A stretch of DNA of 64,000 nt from IMGVR_UViG_3300042308_001511:62001-126000; one strand, 5' to 3'; shown: positions 9,316 to 19,020, counted from the stretch's first letter. The notes: generated by a model not told the origin, from the letters alone. Numbers and translations: made by a program.

Positions 9316-10048
9316 ATTTTAACATTTCTCTAAATACTTCTTCGTTTATGTTGTATCTGTTTAGAAAATCATCATCAAATACCATATCACCTGGTATTTT
9401 ATAGAATTTTTTCAATTTATTAATAATATCATCGTATGGATATTCATTCCAGAAAATTATTATATTATCATCATTTGTGAATGTGAATAATTCGGTATCA
9501 CTTGTAAGTGATTTGAAGACCATACTACTCCATATAGATGCTTTATTTGAGTTGAATGAGGATATATAATCGAAATCCTTTATTATTTTCTTATATATTT
9601 TTACACCTAGGCCACAATTTCTTAAGAATGGTGGTAGAGAGTTGTTCACATCTATTTTATTTAGACGTTTTTCATCTAATGAAATATTTAGAAATATCTC
9701 CCTTATATTATAGTCTGAACCAAATAAATCAAATTCTAATTTTTTATTTCTATTTCCTACAACTTCTCTTTTGAGATCGGTGATCATAATATATAAATCA
9801 TTGTCGTATAATATGTCTATATCATCTATTGATTTTTCATCATAGTTTATATTATCATAATGTATGTTTGGTGCAACATTTTTAATATCATCTATCATTG
9901 TACTAAATTCGGATAATAGGGACTTATAATCACCGGCATCACGAAAACGTTTTATGGTATTTCTCTTTTCTTCTGATAATGATTTCTCATTCAATCTGAG
10001 TTTTTTTAGATCGTTAAGTTGATCAGAATATGTTCTTATTAATCTCAT
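9314..10048 (-). CDS. putative GNAT-fold protein, possibly virion-associated
   Basis: LPPFLRNCGLGVKIY resembles the acetyl-CoA-binding RxxGxG motif; very AT-rich; start MRLIRTY. Confidence 0.45.
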   Translation of the reverse strand: MRLIRTYSDQLNDLKKLRLNEKSLSEEKRNTIKRFRDAGDYKSLLSEFSTMIDDIKNVAPNIHYDNINYDEKSIDDIDILYDNDLYIMITDLKREVVGNRNKKLEFDLFGSDYNIREIFLNISLDEKRLNKIDVNNSLPPFLRNCGLGVKIYKKIIKDFDYISSFNSNKASIWSSMVFKSLTSDTELFTFTNDDNIIIFWNEYPYDDIINKLKKFYKIPGDMVFDDDFLNRYNINEEVFREMLK

Positions 10049-10068
10049 TTTATAAATATTTTTATAAT

Positions 10069-10095
10069 AAAAAACCACCTATTCGGGTGGTTTTT
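10069..10095. terminator. intrinsic terminator after uvsX
   Basis: AAAAAACCACC-tattcg-GGTGGTTTTT. Confidence 0.8.
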
Positions 10096-10100
10096 ATTTT

Positions 10101-11327
10101 CTATCCGAAGAAGTCTGCTGCGTCTCCGTCTACGTATCCATCGTTGTTGTCTTCATCATCAGAACCTACAATCTGTTCAAATTCTTTCTCTACTTGCTCA
10201 ATCTCATCGAGTGATTTGAATCTGAAATAATCATTGATAATAGGTGCCATTGAATTTAATACATCTTCTGTGAAAATTTCTGGTGTAAATAATTGTTTGG
10301 TTGTAACTGATTTACCTAAGTGTCTAATATACCATCTCAAGCCACCAGGTGTAAATGTCATCTCACCAGTTTTCTTATCAACTTCCATCTTACCTTTTGC
10401 GATACCGACTTCTTCGAAGAATTCTGGGCGACAGAATCCATCTAAACCAGTGTATGGGTTCATACCATTTACAAAAGAAATATCGAATCTTATTTTCTTT
10501 GGTTTTGCCATACGGTTTTTTGCTGTTTTGAATAAAACGGTAATACCAGATTGTCCTAAATCCATATCATCTTCATTTCCATCTTTAAGTTTCGATTTTG
10601 ACATGAATCCAATTACTGACGCAGAATAAAGTAATCCATTTCCTCCACGTAATTTTTCTTGTGGGTAGAGATCTAAAGTTAGATATGTGTGGTTTGCTAC
10701 AAGTAAAGGAATGTCGAGGTATCCTAAATCTGTGTTTATAGAACGGAACATAGATCCGAGAGCCTTTGCTTTGGTCATATCCTGTTTGATGTCACCTTTC
10801 AATAAATCCTCTTTCTCTTTGTTTGATGCCATCTGTCCTAATGAATCTAAAACTAACATAATTTTAGGTATTTCGTATCCTGCTAACTTCTGTTGTTTGA
10901 GTTCATCAACTAATTGAGTGAGTGTGATATTAACGTCCTCTACTTTGTTCGATCTTATTAGTCTTAGTTTTTCAAGTGAATTATCAACACCAAATTTAGG
11001 AAAGTCTTCAAGGTCAATTGCCTGTTCTGTGTCGATGTAGATGACGAAGTAACCTAACTTCTGTGCCTGCTTAACACATGAGTAACAGAGGAAAGATTTA
11101 CCTGATCCAGATTCACCAGCAAATGCAGTTATACGGTTTGTTGCGATACCACCACCTAATAACTTTCCTGATAGTGCCGCATCGAGGAGGTAAACACCTG
11201 TTGATATGAATGTCTTTTCTTTAATCTCTTTCTCTACAACGATTGGAACTGATTTAGCGATATTATCTAATATTCCTCCTATTTTACTAATCTCAAATTT
11301 TTTTATTTCTTTTGCTTGTTTTGCCAT
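10101..11327 (-). CDS. uvsX: RecA-like recombinase (UvsX type)
   Basis: ISTG, AGESGSGKS Walker A, YIDTE, LVLDS Walker B, VANHTY, GG...YSAS, KNR; acidic tail. Confidence 0.93.
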   Translation of the reverse strand: MAKQAKEIKKFEISKIGGILDNIAKSVPIVVEKEIKEKTFISTGVYLLDAALSGKLLGGGIATNRITAFAGESGSGKSFLCYSCVKQAQKLGYFVIYIDTEQAIDLEDFPKFGVDNSLEKLRLIRSNKVEDVNITLTQLVDELKQQKLAGYEIPKIMLVLDSLGQMASNKEKEDLLKGDIKQDMTKAKALGSMFRSINTDLGYLDIPLLVANHTYLTLDLYPQEKLRGGNGLLYSASVIGFMSKSKLKDGNEDDMDLGQSGITVLFKTAKNRMAKPKKIRFDISFVNGMNPYTGLDGFCRPEFFEEVGIAKGKMEVDKKTGEMTFTPGGLRWYIRHLGKSVTTKQLFTPEIFTEDVLNSMAPIINDYFRFKSLDEIEQVEKEFEQIVGSDDEDNNDGYVDGDAADFFG

Positions 11328-11407
11328 AATAAAATGAACTTTTTTTTTGTATTAATTATACAGTTCGGTAATGGCTTTGTTGATTTAAATAGTTGTGAAT
11401 GTGGTTG

Positions 11408-11935
11408 TTATTTGAGATTGAACTTAGCACCGACCCACGACCAGTTATCTGTGTCTTTCAGGTCTTCGGTGATTTCTGTTTGTGTCGTTTCACCTCTCTC
11501 TGTACCGATAAGGCATTCGAGTTCGATGTTGTCACATTGGTACTTAAGGTACTCCTCAATGCCCTCCATTATAGGCCACAACTCTTTCAGGTCTATACCA
11601 TCGTAATCTTCTGATGTGTCTAATATGATTGCTATGTTCCACTTACTCGCAATTCCTACTAGTGATCTTCTTCCGTCTATCTGTGCAGAGTATGTCTCGT
11701 ACTTAAATCTGTCACCGTTTGGATCAATGTCTTGTAACTGTACCCTTACGAACTCGTCGAGTTCTTCGAGTTGTTCCTGTATCTGTTTCTCCTTCGTCAC
11801 ACGCCAATCTCTGAGTGCGTCGGCCCTCTCGTCTTTATTCGCCTTGTCACTATGTCTCATCTTGTAGGCAGCGTTGGCCAAGGTCTCTGGACTTAGTTCT
11901 TCGTTGAACTTCTGATATCCTTTAAGTTTTCTCAT
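11408..11935 (-). CDS. putative head-internal virion protein
   Basis: Starts MRKLKGYQKFNEE. Confidence 0.6.
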   Translation of the reverse strand: MRKLKGYQKFNEELSPETLANAAYKMRHSDKANKDERADALRDWRVTKEKQIQEQLEELDEFVRVQLQDIDPNGDRFKYETYSAQIDGRRSLVGIASKWNIAIILDTSEDYDGIDLKELWPIMEGIEEYLKYQCDNIELECLIGTERGETTQTEITEDLKDTDNWSWVGAKFNLK

Positions 11936-11936
11936 C

Positions 11937-12383
11937 TTAGTAGTTTCTTTTGTCGTCGCCTCCACCCATATTCGTCAGTCCTATACCGATTAACGTAGAT
12001 ATTATTCCTACTATTACGAATAGTGGTTGGTTGTTAAATCCACCGTATATCATTGATCCCAATCCTCCTAATAATGTGGTTAATATTGATCCAAGTCCCA
12101 GGAAGGCACCTATTTTATCAAGACGTGAACTTTCGTTGATGATGGACTCGCCGATCATCTTCTCTGCCGTCTCAGGGTTCTCTGCCAGTTTGTCGAGTTT
12201 ACTCTTTGCACTTTCAAGCCTTGCTCTTTGTTCTGTTGTTAGCTTCTCTATTTTGTGTGCCACCTCGTCGATTATCTCAGGATTCTCGGATATGTATTCT
12301 TTGGCCATCTCCTGTCCTTTTCTGAAGTTCTCTTTAGCCTTATTGAAGTAGAAGAACTCGTTTATGCTCTTTACGTGTTTCAT
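11937..12383 (-). CDS. putative virion protein with two C-terminal hydrophobic segments
   Basis: Starts MKHVKSINEFF; internal IINES; Gly-rich hydrophobic helices. Confidence 0.65.
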   Translation of the reverse strand: MKHVKSINEFFYFNKAKENFRKGQEMAKEYISENPEIIDEVAHKIEKLTTEQRARLESAKSKLDKLAENPETAEKMIGESIINESSRLDKIGAFLGLGSILTTLLGGLGSMIYGGFNNQPLFVIVGIISTLIGIGLTNMGGGDDKRNY

Positions 12384-12390
12384 CTTATTT

Positions 12391-13257
12391 TTAATTTTTT
12401 TCGTTTATGGACATTATTACCTTTATCGTCAACTTGTTTCCTAGCACACTACTTATTGTACAAGACTCAGTCATCTCTAGCTTGACTTCTGGATACTCGT
12501 CCTGTGTTCGCTGGCATGCTATGTATATCTCCTCTACGAAGTCAGTCCTTTTTTTGAAGTCCTCGTATAAATTCTCGGGTTTTGTGTACGTGACTGATCT
12601 CATACCGTCGTTCACCCACTCGCCGGTTTTTATAGTGAAATTGTAAATGACGGACTTCTTGTAAATAGTTGGTCGGTAATCTCTCGTTACATCGAAACGA
12701 TCTTCTATCTCTGCATCGGACATAAGGTCAGCAAAGGCCATCTCCTGTGGTAGGTAGTCACCATTGGTGAAGTTGGTGAACTTCTCGTCAAATTTCTTTA
12801 TTCTCATAACGTATATATTATTTTGTTTTGATATACTTTCGAATGTCATTATTCTTTCCATAGTGACTCTCGGTTCGACAAAGACGAAGTCCTGTGTACC
12901 TGATTGTACAATTTCCAGTTTGGCACCTGGTTGATTCGGATCTTCCATACAGTACATCAGAGGTCCCCAAGGTCCTTTCACCTTTCCAATCTCGTTACAT
13001 ATCTGCATAAACTCATGCACTATTGGTTCGATACCTTCCAGTTCACCCCAGTTTATTCCAACCATTACCAGTCCATCGCCTTTGTTGTATTGGAACTTCC
13101 TGAGTAGGAACGGTATTACGTTGTATTCCAGGTTGAATCCTTCCAGTTCTCTTTCGAGTGACTCTTGTGTTGCGTTATCCCAGTCTATTAAGGAAACTAT
13201 GGCACCTGTATCTCGTAGTTCCTGTGCTCTTTCGTCTATTTCTTCGATTATGCTCAT
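12391..13257 (-). CDS. putative virion protein(s); probable internal start at 12807
   Basis: In-frame TAATATATA-N4-ATG giving MRIKKFDEKF. Confidence 0.6.
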   Translation of the reverse strand: MSIIEEIDERAQELRDTGAIVSLIDWDNATQESLERELEGFNLEYNVIPFLLRKFQYNKGDGLVMVGINWGELEGIEPIVHEFMQICNEIGKVKGPWGPLMYCMEDPNQPGAKLEIVQSGTQDFVFVEPRVTMERIMTFESISKQNNIYVMRIKKFDEKFTNFTNGDYLPQEMAFADLMSDAEIEDRFDVTRDYRPTIYKKSVIYNFTIKTGEWVNDGMRSVTYTKPENLYEDFKKRTDFVEEIYIACQRTQDEYPEVKLEMTESCTISSVLGNKLTIKVIMSINEKN

Positions 13258-14276
13258 TTCTTACACCATTTTATTGTTATTTCCAGGAAGCCGTCAGGAT
13301 AATTCTTTTGTGCATATTCGAGTACTGCGTAGACGTCATCGCCACTTCTTCCACTTATATTTTCCTGGAACCAGAACTCATTGAACGGATCTGAAAGTAT
13401 AGACAACAGGTTTGACTTACATCTCATCACGTTTATAGAGATCCAGTTACCTTCGTCTTCGAGGGTACGACATGTGTCGATTATCCTTTCTAAAAGGTCG
13501 TTCTCGGAGTGTAGTGTCCAACTAAGATGGTTTACGTCCATTGTCGTCTCGTGTCTGGTGAACGGATTAGTTGGTCTGATTGATATGGCATTTACGTTGT
13601 TATCCAAATTTTTGTCCCAGTGTGATTTTAACTGTTTAACTTCTACTTCTCCTTTGAATTCGTCGAACAATGAAGTGATGTCATTATCATGACTATTGCT
13701 CTCGTTGACGTGCTCCTTCCCGTGCTCCTCGATGAAGTCGTTTATTATGTCCACTATTACCATAGACATGTTCGGCACGTCGTATATGTCTTTGTTGCAG
13801 TCTGCCAGGTTGTTGTCCTCCATATCGTAGACGCTGCCGCTTTCGGATGAGTAGTAGACTATGTCGGTAGCGAAGTTCGATGTGTCTGATGTGAGTTCTA
13901 GTAGGTATCTTTCCATGCTGGTCTCGTTACGGAACTGGTATTCCAATGTCTGTTCGACCGATTCCAGGTCCCAGTTTCCGCTGTCCCATCTGTTTAGTAC
14001 GTATATCTCCTCTGCGGTGCTCTTCCCGGTCACTCCCTTTTTGGTGCCCTTCGGCTTTCTCTGTATAATCACGACGTGCTTGCCCTTGTGATAGTCCTCC
14101 CACTCGTGGATGTCGTCGTTTATGCACCACTGGCATTTGTTTGCGTACTTCCTGAGTGCGGTGTGTGTCAGTGGCATAACGACTATTATGTCATCGTTCC
14201 TGAACACGTCGAGTCTTTCCGACCTCTTCACACGTCCCTCGTTGAGAATCTCACCGTATTTCTTCAGGTATCTCAT
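13254..14276 (-). CDS. putative head-internal virion protein
   Basis: Starts MRYLKKYGEILNEG; internal VNES. Confidence 0.65.
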   Translation of the reverse strand: MRYLKKYGEILNEGRVKRSERLDVFRNDDIIVVMPLTHTALRKYANKCQWCINDDIHEWEDYHKGKHVVIIQRKPKGTKKGVTGKSTAEEIYVLNRWDSGNWDLESVEQTLEYQFRNETSMERYLLELTSDTSNFATDIVYYSSESGSVYDMEDNNLADCNKDIYDVPNMSMVIVDIINDFIEEHGKEHVNESNSHDNDITSLFDEFKGEVEVKQLKSHWDKNLDNNVNAISIRPTNPFTRHETTMDVNHLSWTLHSENDLLERIIDTCRTLEDEGNWISINVMRCKSNLLSILSDPFNEFWFQENISGRSGDDVYAVLEYAQKNYPDGFLEITIKWCKK

Positions 14277-15043
14277 TCTCTCGTCACGAATTTTATGACA
14301 ATCTGCCTGTCTCCTCCTCCTATACTAAGTTTCAGTCCTTCTTCCCAGGCCTCGTCTCTTATTTCTTTCAGTGCCTTCACGTATGCTGCCTGTTGAGGGG
14401 AGCTTACCTCTTCGTGTGTCCCATCTGCAATCTTACTGAGTCTTATTTTAGTACCCCATTCCATATCACTCTGAGATGGCGAGTATCTGAACTCTAACCA
14501 GTTGTCCTTTAATACCGGTCTTTTCTTTTGGTATCCTGCTATGAGGTCCGCCATCCTTTTGAGCCATCCATTGACCTTCGGCATCTTGTCCTCTTTCTTC
14601 TCGATGTCCGGTCCCACAACCACAAACATTAACACGAGTACACCATTATCGTTCTCTATGTTGAAGTTGACGTTGTTGTCGTTCCTGGCGATGTAGAACC
14701 TCTGTACGATTTCTATCGCTTCCTGTAACTTGTCTAGGTCGGTCATACACGTACCAGTGTTGAATGTTAACTGCGACTCGACTTCGTCTATTCCGGTCTC
14801 GTTTGACATGTCGAACTTAAGCTCTACGAGTTTCGCGACAGCGGTTCTGTTAGTACCGAAATTTACACCCTTCTTTATGACTAATCTACCTTCTTTGTAC
14901 ATTCCGTTGTACTCAACGTGACAGTCTGTTATCTTTAGTGTATCGTCGTCTTGGTCGGTGTACTCTGAAAAAAGAAGTCTTATGTCATTCTCGACGTTGT
15001 CCCAATTTTCGGTGGCGGCTTCGTTAAATCTTCTTATCCTCAT
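14273..15043 (-). CDS. putative head-internal virion protein
   Basis: Starts MRIRRFNEA. Confidence 0.65.
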   Translation of the reverse strand: MRIRRFNEAATENWDNVENDIRLLFSEYTDQDDDTLKITDCHVEYNGMYKEGRLVIKKGVNFGTNRTAVAKLVELKFDMSNETGIDEVESQLTFNTGTCMTDLDKLQEAIEIVQRFYIARNDNNVNFNIENDNGVLVLMFVVVGPDIEKKEDKMPKVNGWLKRMADLIAGYQKKRPVLKDNWLEFRYSPSQSDMEWGTKIRLSKIADGTHEEVSSPQQAAYVKALKEIRDEAWEEGLKLSIGGGDRQIVIKFVTRE

Positions 15044-15044
15044 A

Positions 15045-15677
15045 TCATTTTACTGGTTTTCCTGCGGTTATTCTGACCTCGTGGATTCTGACCTCGTGGT
15101 TTGGTTTGTCCTTCAGCTCCCTAACCATCTTCGGTATGTATTTCTTTTCGACTTTTGTCCTCTTCCTGGTCCGCTTAATGATTTTGTCCTCTTCCTTGGT
15201 GACGTTCGTCCAGGTAATCTCGAAGATGTTAGTGAGTCCTTGTTCGTTGAGCATTATAGCGATGGACTGTAGCCTTTCGACGAACTCTTCGCCAATCATT
15301 ATGTAGTTGCCTGTTTTGAGGTCATCGAGTGTGTTTATAGGCCTGTGTGGTGGCCTTATTTCCACGTACAGGATGTTGTTCTTGTCAATCTCAATCTTCT
15401 TCTTTATCTCGTCTCCGAACTCCCACAGAAGCTCCTTCACGTATTGTGCTGCTTGTGCGACATCGTCTGTATTATTAATTGATTCCTCTATTGTTTTTTC
15501 AGCTTCTTCTCTTTCTTTTTGCTCCCTATCGAGTTCCTTTAATCTCATCTTCCTTTGGTCTTCGGCGTCCAGATAATTTCTTAAGTTTATATCCTTTGGT
15601 GTTTCGTTCGTGAAATCTTTTGCAAATTCAGGTGCAAAATTGGTGAAGTCGCTTATTATTCTTTTTTTCTTTCTCAT
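15045..15677 (-). CDS. putative virion protein, first gene of a late operon
   Basis: TATATA-N4-ATG; starts MRKKKRIISDFTNF. Confidence 0.6.
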   Translation of the reverse strand: MRKKKRIISDFTNFAPEFAKDFTNETPKDINLRNYLDAEDQRKMRLKELDREQKEREEAEKTIEESINNTDDVAQAAQYVKELLWEFGDEIKKKIEIDKNNILYVEIRPPHRPINTLDDLKTGNYIMIGEEFVERLQSIAIMLNEQGLTNIFEITWTNVTKEEDKIIKRTRKRTKVEKKYIPKMVRELKDKPNHEVRIHEVRITAGKPVK

Positions 15678-15744
15678 GTAGTATATATAAAAATATCATG
15701 TATTTTTCCTATATTTGTTTTATATTTGTTAAAAAAATAAAAAC

Positions 15745-16026
15745 ATGAAAAAGATTCTGGATTTCGGTAAGTTTGTGGAGATAAACAATTCCAGACTCGA
15801 TGTTATAAAAACAGAGAAGTCGGACGACGAAGTTCGATACGATGTAAGACTTCGTATTAACGAACAAGTTGTAAAGGGCCAGATATTCGTAGATGGACAG
15901 GGTGAACTTGAGTGTTGGCAACTCTATGACTCAGAGGGTAGATGTCTTTCAGAGACATATGGACAAGATAATATAGATAAATTAGTAAATAAAAAAATTA
16001 AAAAGATTAGGAAGAATGAGGCATGA
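15745..16026 (+). CDS. hypothetical protein
   Basis: Starts MKKILDFGKFVE; two TATATTTG boxes upstream. Confidence 0.6.
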   Translation: MKKILDFGKFVEINNSRLDVIKTEKSDDEVRYDVRLRINEQVVKGQIFVDGQGELECWQLYDSEGRCLSETYGQDNIDKLVNKKIKKIRKNEA

Positions 16027-16621
16027 TACTCAGGACATATTTTTCATAAGTGATTTACACGTTGGTCATGCCAATGTTATAAAGTTTGACGGTAGACCAT
16101 TTCAAAACACAGATGAGATGCACGTCGAATTGATAAAAAGGTGGAACTCGGTGGTTGGTTCTGATAGTATTGTTTACTTTTTAGGAGACCTTTCATTTGC
16201 AAGGTCTGGACTTACTAAATGGTTCGTAAGTCAACTAAATGGTAAGATATATGCAATAGCTGGTAACCACGATAAACCGGAAGATTTGAGAAGATTGGAT
16301 CGTTTCGAAGAAGTTTATGATTATGGAACTGAAATTGGTGTTTATGATGAAGATAGTCTTCAATCGAGAGGATCTCAGGGATATCAAAAGATAATAATGG
16401 CACATTATCCAATATTGTCTTGGAACAAAGCACACTATGGTAGTTATATGTTACACGGACATTGCCATGGTGGTTTAGTTAAGACTATGCCAGAATACTA
16501 CAAAAGGAAGGTAATGGATGTGGGTTGTAATATGATTGATTATACACCAATCTCATATTCACAGGTAAAGGAAGTGATGAATAAAAGAGTAATTAGTAAA
16601 GTTGATAATCATGGTGAATGA
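16016..16621 (+). CDS. calcineurin-like metallophosphoesterase
   Basis: SDLH, LGD, GNHD, HYP, HGHCH motifs. Confidence 0.92.
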   Translation: MRHDTQDIFFISDLHVGHANVIKFDGRPFQNTDEMHVELIKRWNSVVGSDSIVYFLGDLSFARSGLTKWFVSQLNGKIYAIAGNHDKPEDLRRLDRFEEVYDYGTEIGVYDEDSLQSRGSQGYQKIIMAHYPILSWNKAHYGSYMLHGHCHGGLVKTMPEYYKRKVMDVGCNMIDYTPISYSQVKEVMNKRVISKVDNHGE

Positions 16622-16799
16622 TATGGATAAGGTGGGTAAAATTACTACAGAGAACAATTTGGTTTGCGTCTCTGTAAAAACACAGATATTGGAAGAGGAT
16701 GGTTCTTTGGTGGTTTTGGTAACTGAAAAAGTAACCTCTAAGATTACTGGAAAAACGGTAACTAAAACTGTTTACCGTAGAGAAATTGTAAACTTATAA
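16602..16799 (+). CDS. hypothetical protein
   Basis: Short ORF in operon. Confidence 0.45.
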   Translation: MIIMVNDMDKVGKITTENNLVCVSVKTQILEEDGSLVVLVTEKVTSKITGKTVTKTVYRREIVNL

Positions 16800-16810
16800 A
16801 AACAAAACAT

Positions 16811-16984
16811 ATGAAAAACATTTTTTTTATTGCGACATTACTAGGTATAGTATGTTTCTTCACATCTGAGACAAAAACTGAAATGTTGGCATGGGGTGCT
16901 GCAATTTGTTTCGGATTATCATCTGCGTTACTGGCTAGTGAAAATGAAAAGTTGAAAAAAGAGAAAGACGATGAAGGACGTTAA
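16811..16984 (+). CDS. small two-TM membrane protein (not in ORF track)
   Basis: MKNIFFIATLLGIVCFFTSETKTEMLAWGAAICFGLSSALLASENEKLKKEKDDEGR; A-rich leader. Confidence 0.6.
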   Translation: MKNIFFIATLLGIVCFFTSETKTEMLAWGAAICFGLSSALLASENEKLKKEKDDEGR

Positions 16985-17834
16985 GAGTTTTTGTAAACTA
17001 TTTGATCTAAACGTACCTAGTTACGATGACTTCGATTACTACCGGTCTCTGTATAAAAGGGTTGGTCGTCATTCGGATATAGATGAACTCGTTTCGATGT
17101 ATGAAGAATTGGAGAATGAGGTAGGTGATATGTTTGCATATAGAATAGAATGTACTGACTTACTGGTCAAATACATAGAGTCAACTCGTGCATTCAATGA
17201 TTTGAATTTAGATCCTATGGTACCAGACCTACCTGTCGACAAAAACTTTCGTTATGTTGAAGGTAAATACTATGTTTCATTTGATTTGATAAAAGCGAAT
17301 TGGCAAGCTGTGAAATCCTACGATCCAGACTTTTTGAATGAGATGAAAGGTAGTTGGGAAGAGTTAGTATCTTATTTGGGAATACCACCTCTTTTTTCTA
17401 GGTCTAAACAATTACGTCAATATGTTTTTGGTAATTTGAATCCGAAACGTCTTATGAGGGTACAACGTAAGATGATACAATCAATTCTTGAAAAACTACC
17501 TAAACCAGATTGTATAAAACATGATGAAGTCATTTTCTCTTTTGATAATCTTCATTTGGCATATGAATTCGTAAAATTCGTAACACCTGAAAAATTCAGA
17601 ACTAAAGTTTTCACAGTTGATGTTAGAGATGGTTATCGTATAAACAACTATATTGACATTGATGGTGTGGTTTATGATAGTGAACCAGTTGGATGTAACG
17701 GACACAAATACTTTATGGTTTTAAAAAATGATATTTTTGATGAACCTATGGATGTAAGGGATCTCTATTTCAGAATGGATGGTGAACTATCTGTGTGGAT
17801 GATACCAGGACTTGAATTAATATTAAATAAATGA
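16971..17834 (+). CDS. hypothetical protein, possible polymerase-palm-like fold
   Basis: YVSFDLIKAN and IKHDEVIF resemble palm motifs A and C. Confidence 0.5.
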   Translation: MKDVKSFCKLFDLNVPSYDDFDYYRSLYKRVGRHSDIDELVSMYEELENEVGDMFAYRIECTDLLVKYIESTRAFNDLNLDPMVPDLPVDKNFRYVEGKYYVSFDLIKANWQAVKSYDPDFLNEMKGSWEELVSYLGIPPLFSRSKQLRQYVFGNLNPKRLMRVQRKMIQSILEKLPKPDCIKHDEVIFSFDNLHLAYEFVKFVTPEKFRTKVFTVDVRDGYRINNYIDIDGVVYDSEPVGCNGHKYFMVLKNDIFDEPMDVRDLYFRMDGELSVWMIPGLELILNK

Positions 17835-17838
17835 TAAT

Positions 17839-18420
17839 ATGAGATTATTGATTTTACCATTCTTGTTATTTAAGGGACTTTTAGTAAACAATCCGTTCAA
17901 AACTATTATTTTAGTACTTTGTATTTTTTGTTGGTATCACGCGGGAACACTAAAAAAACAAAGGTTCGAGACACGAATATACCACGAATTTGAAATTAAC
18001 GGACAATGGTTTGGTATTTATGGTGATAGTGATCCTGATATTTTGGTCTTCAACGAGAAGCCTTTACTTGTGGGTAAACAAAAGAACATATATGTCAGTT
18101 ATAACTACCATCCAGGAAACGCTTTTCTTTGGTTAGGTTTTGGTATATCTTTATTCATTCTAATTGTAGGTACTTTTGTAGAGGATGGATGGGAATTAGA
18201 AAGTGTTTTAAAAATGGGTCTATCAGTTTTTGTACGATGTGATATAGAAGATGGTGTTTTTGTGTATACTATTTTCGGAAGGTTGTTGGCTAAGTATAAA
18301 AATCAGGTGGAGACGACGAACTTTCATCAGTTGCGTTCAATTTCATCTATACTAACACTTCCAAAATACGAAACTAAAATGTCGAGGAGAGAAAGATTAC
18401 TTAGAATAATTGGAATATGA
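17839..18420 (+). CDS. membrane protein with C-terminal RxxxLxxIGI motif
   Basis: Hydrophobic segments; ends SRRERLLRIIGI. Confidence 0.65.
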   Translation: MRLLILPFLLFKGLLVNNPFKTIILVLCIFCWYHAGTLKKQRFETRIYHEFEINGQWFGIYGDSDPDILVFNEKPLLVGKQKNIYVSYNYHPGNAFLWLGFGISLFILIVGTFVEDGWELESVLKMGLSVFVRCDIEDGVFVYTIFGRLLAKYKNQVETTNFHQLRSISSILTLPKYETKMSRRERLLRIIGI

Positions 18421-18539
18421 ATGATAAAAATAGGTTGGTTAACTTCGACTACACAAGTCTATATCCGTCGTCTATACATATAAAAAGTTATAGAATGTTG
18501 CTTGTTTCAATGAATAGGAAGAAGGTCATAGAGTATTGA
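18417..18539 (+). CDS. 40-aa micro-ORF containing a PolB motif A-like sequence (not in ORF track)
   Basis: MNDKNRLVNFDYTSLYPSSIHIKSYRMLLVSMNRKKVIEY; ATGA overlap with the upstream stop; terminator follows. Confidence 0.55.
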   Translation: MNDKNRLVNFDYTSLYPSSIHIKSYRMLLVSMNRKKVIEY

Positions 18540-18543
18540 AAAT

Positions 18544-18577
18544 AAGAATGCTTATCCGTTTGGATAAGCATTCTTTT
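18544..18577. terminator. intrinsic terminator
   Basis: AAGAATGCTTATCC-gttt-GGATAAGCATTCTT-TT perfect hairpin between convergent genes. Confidence 0.85.
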
Positions 18578-18588
18578 GTAAATCGTTA

Positions 18589-18906
18589 TTATTTAGTTTT
18601 TTCAATTAAATCATCATTAGCTTCTTTTGGTGAATTATATTCAATAACATAATTCTTAAGTTTTTTATCTGGTATATAATATAAAATAGTTAATTTCTTT
18701 TTGAAATTACCAACAGGGAATATGGCTATTTCATCATCAGAATTATTTTTGTAATTATGTCTATCATAATTTTCATCATACCCAGTATATTCATACCCGG
18801 CAGCTGTTAAAGTTTTATCTAACTTATCTAATTCCGCTGGTAATTTTGATTTTTTATCTGGTGTTTCATCTGGAGTATACTCTTCAAATAACTTTATGTA
18901 TTTCAT
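18589..18906 (-). CDS. putative head-internal virion protein
   Basis: Starts MKYIKLFEEY; TTTTATATATA upstream. Confidence 0.7.
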   Translation of the reverse strand: MKYIKLFEEYTPDETPDKKSKLPAELDKLDKTLTAAGYEYTGYDENYDRHNYKNNSDDEIAIFPVGNFKKKLTILYYIPDKKLKNYVIEYNSPKEANDDLIEKTK

Positions 18907-19020
18907 ATTTTATTTCTTTTTTATAAAACTATATATAAAATTTTTTACCTTATATTTGTAATGTAGGAACAATTCAGATACTACACACGCCTGGGCAACG
19001 ATTTGGATACAAAGGCGTTT

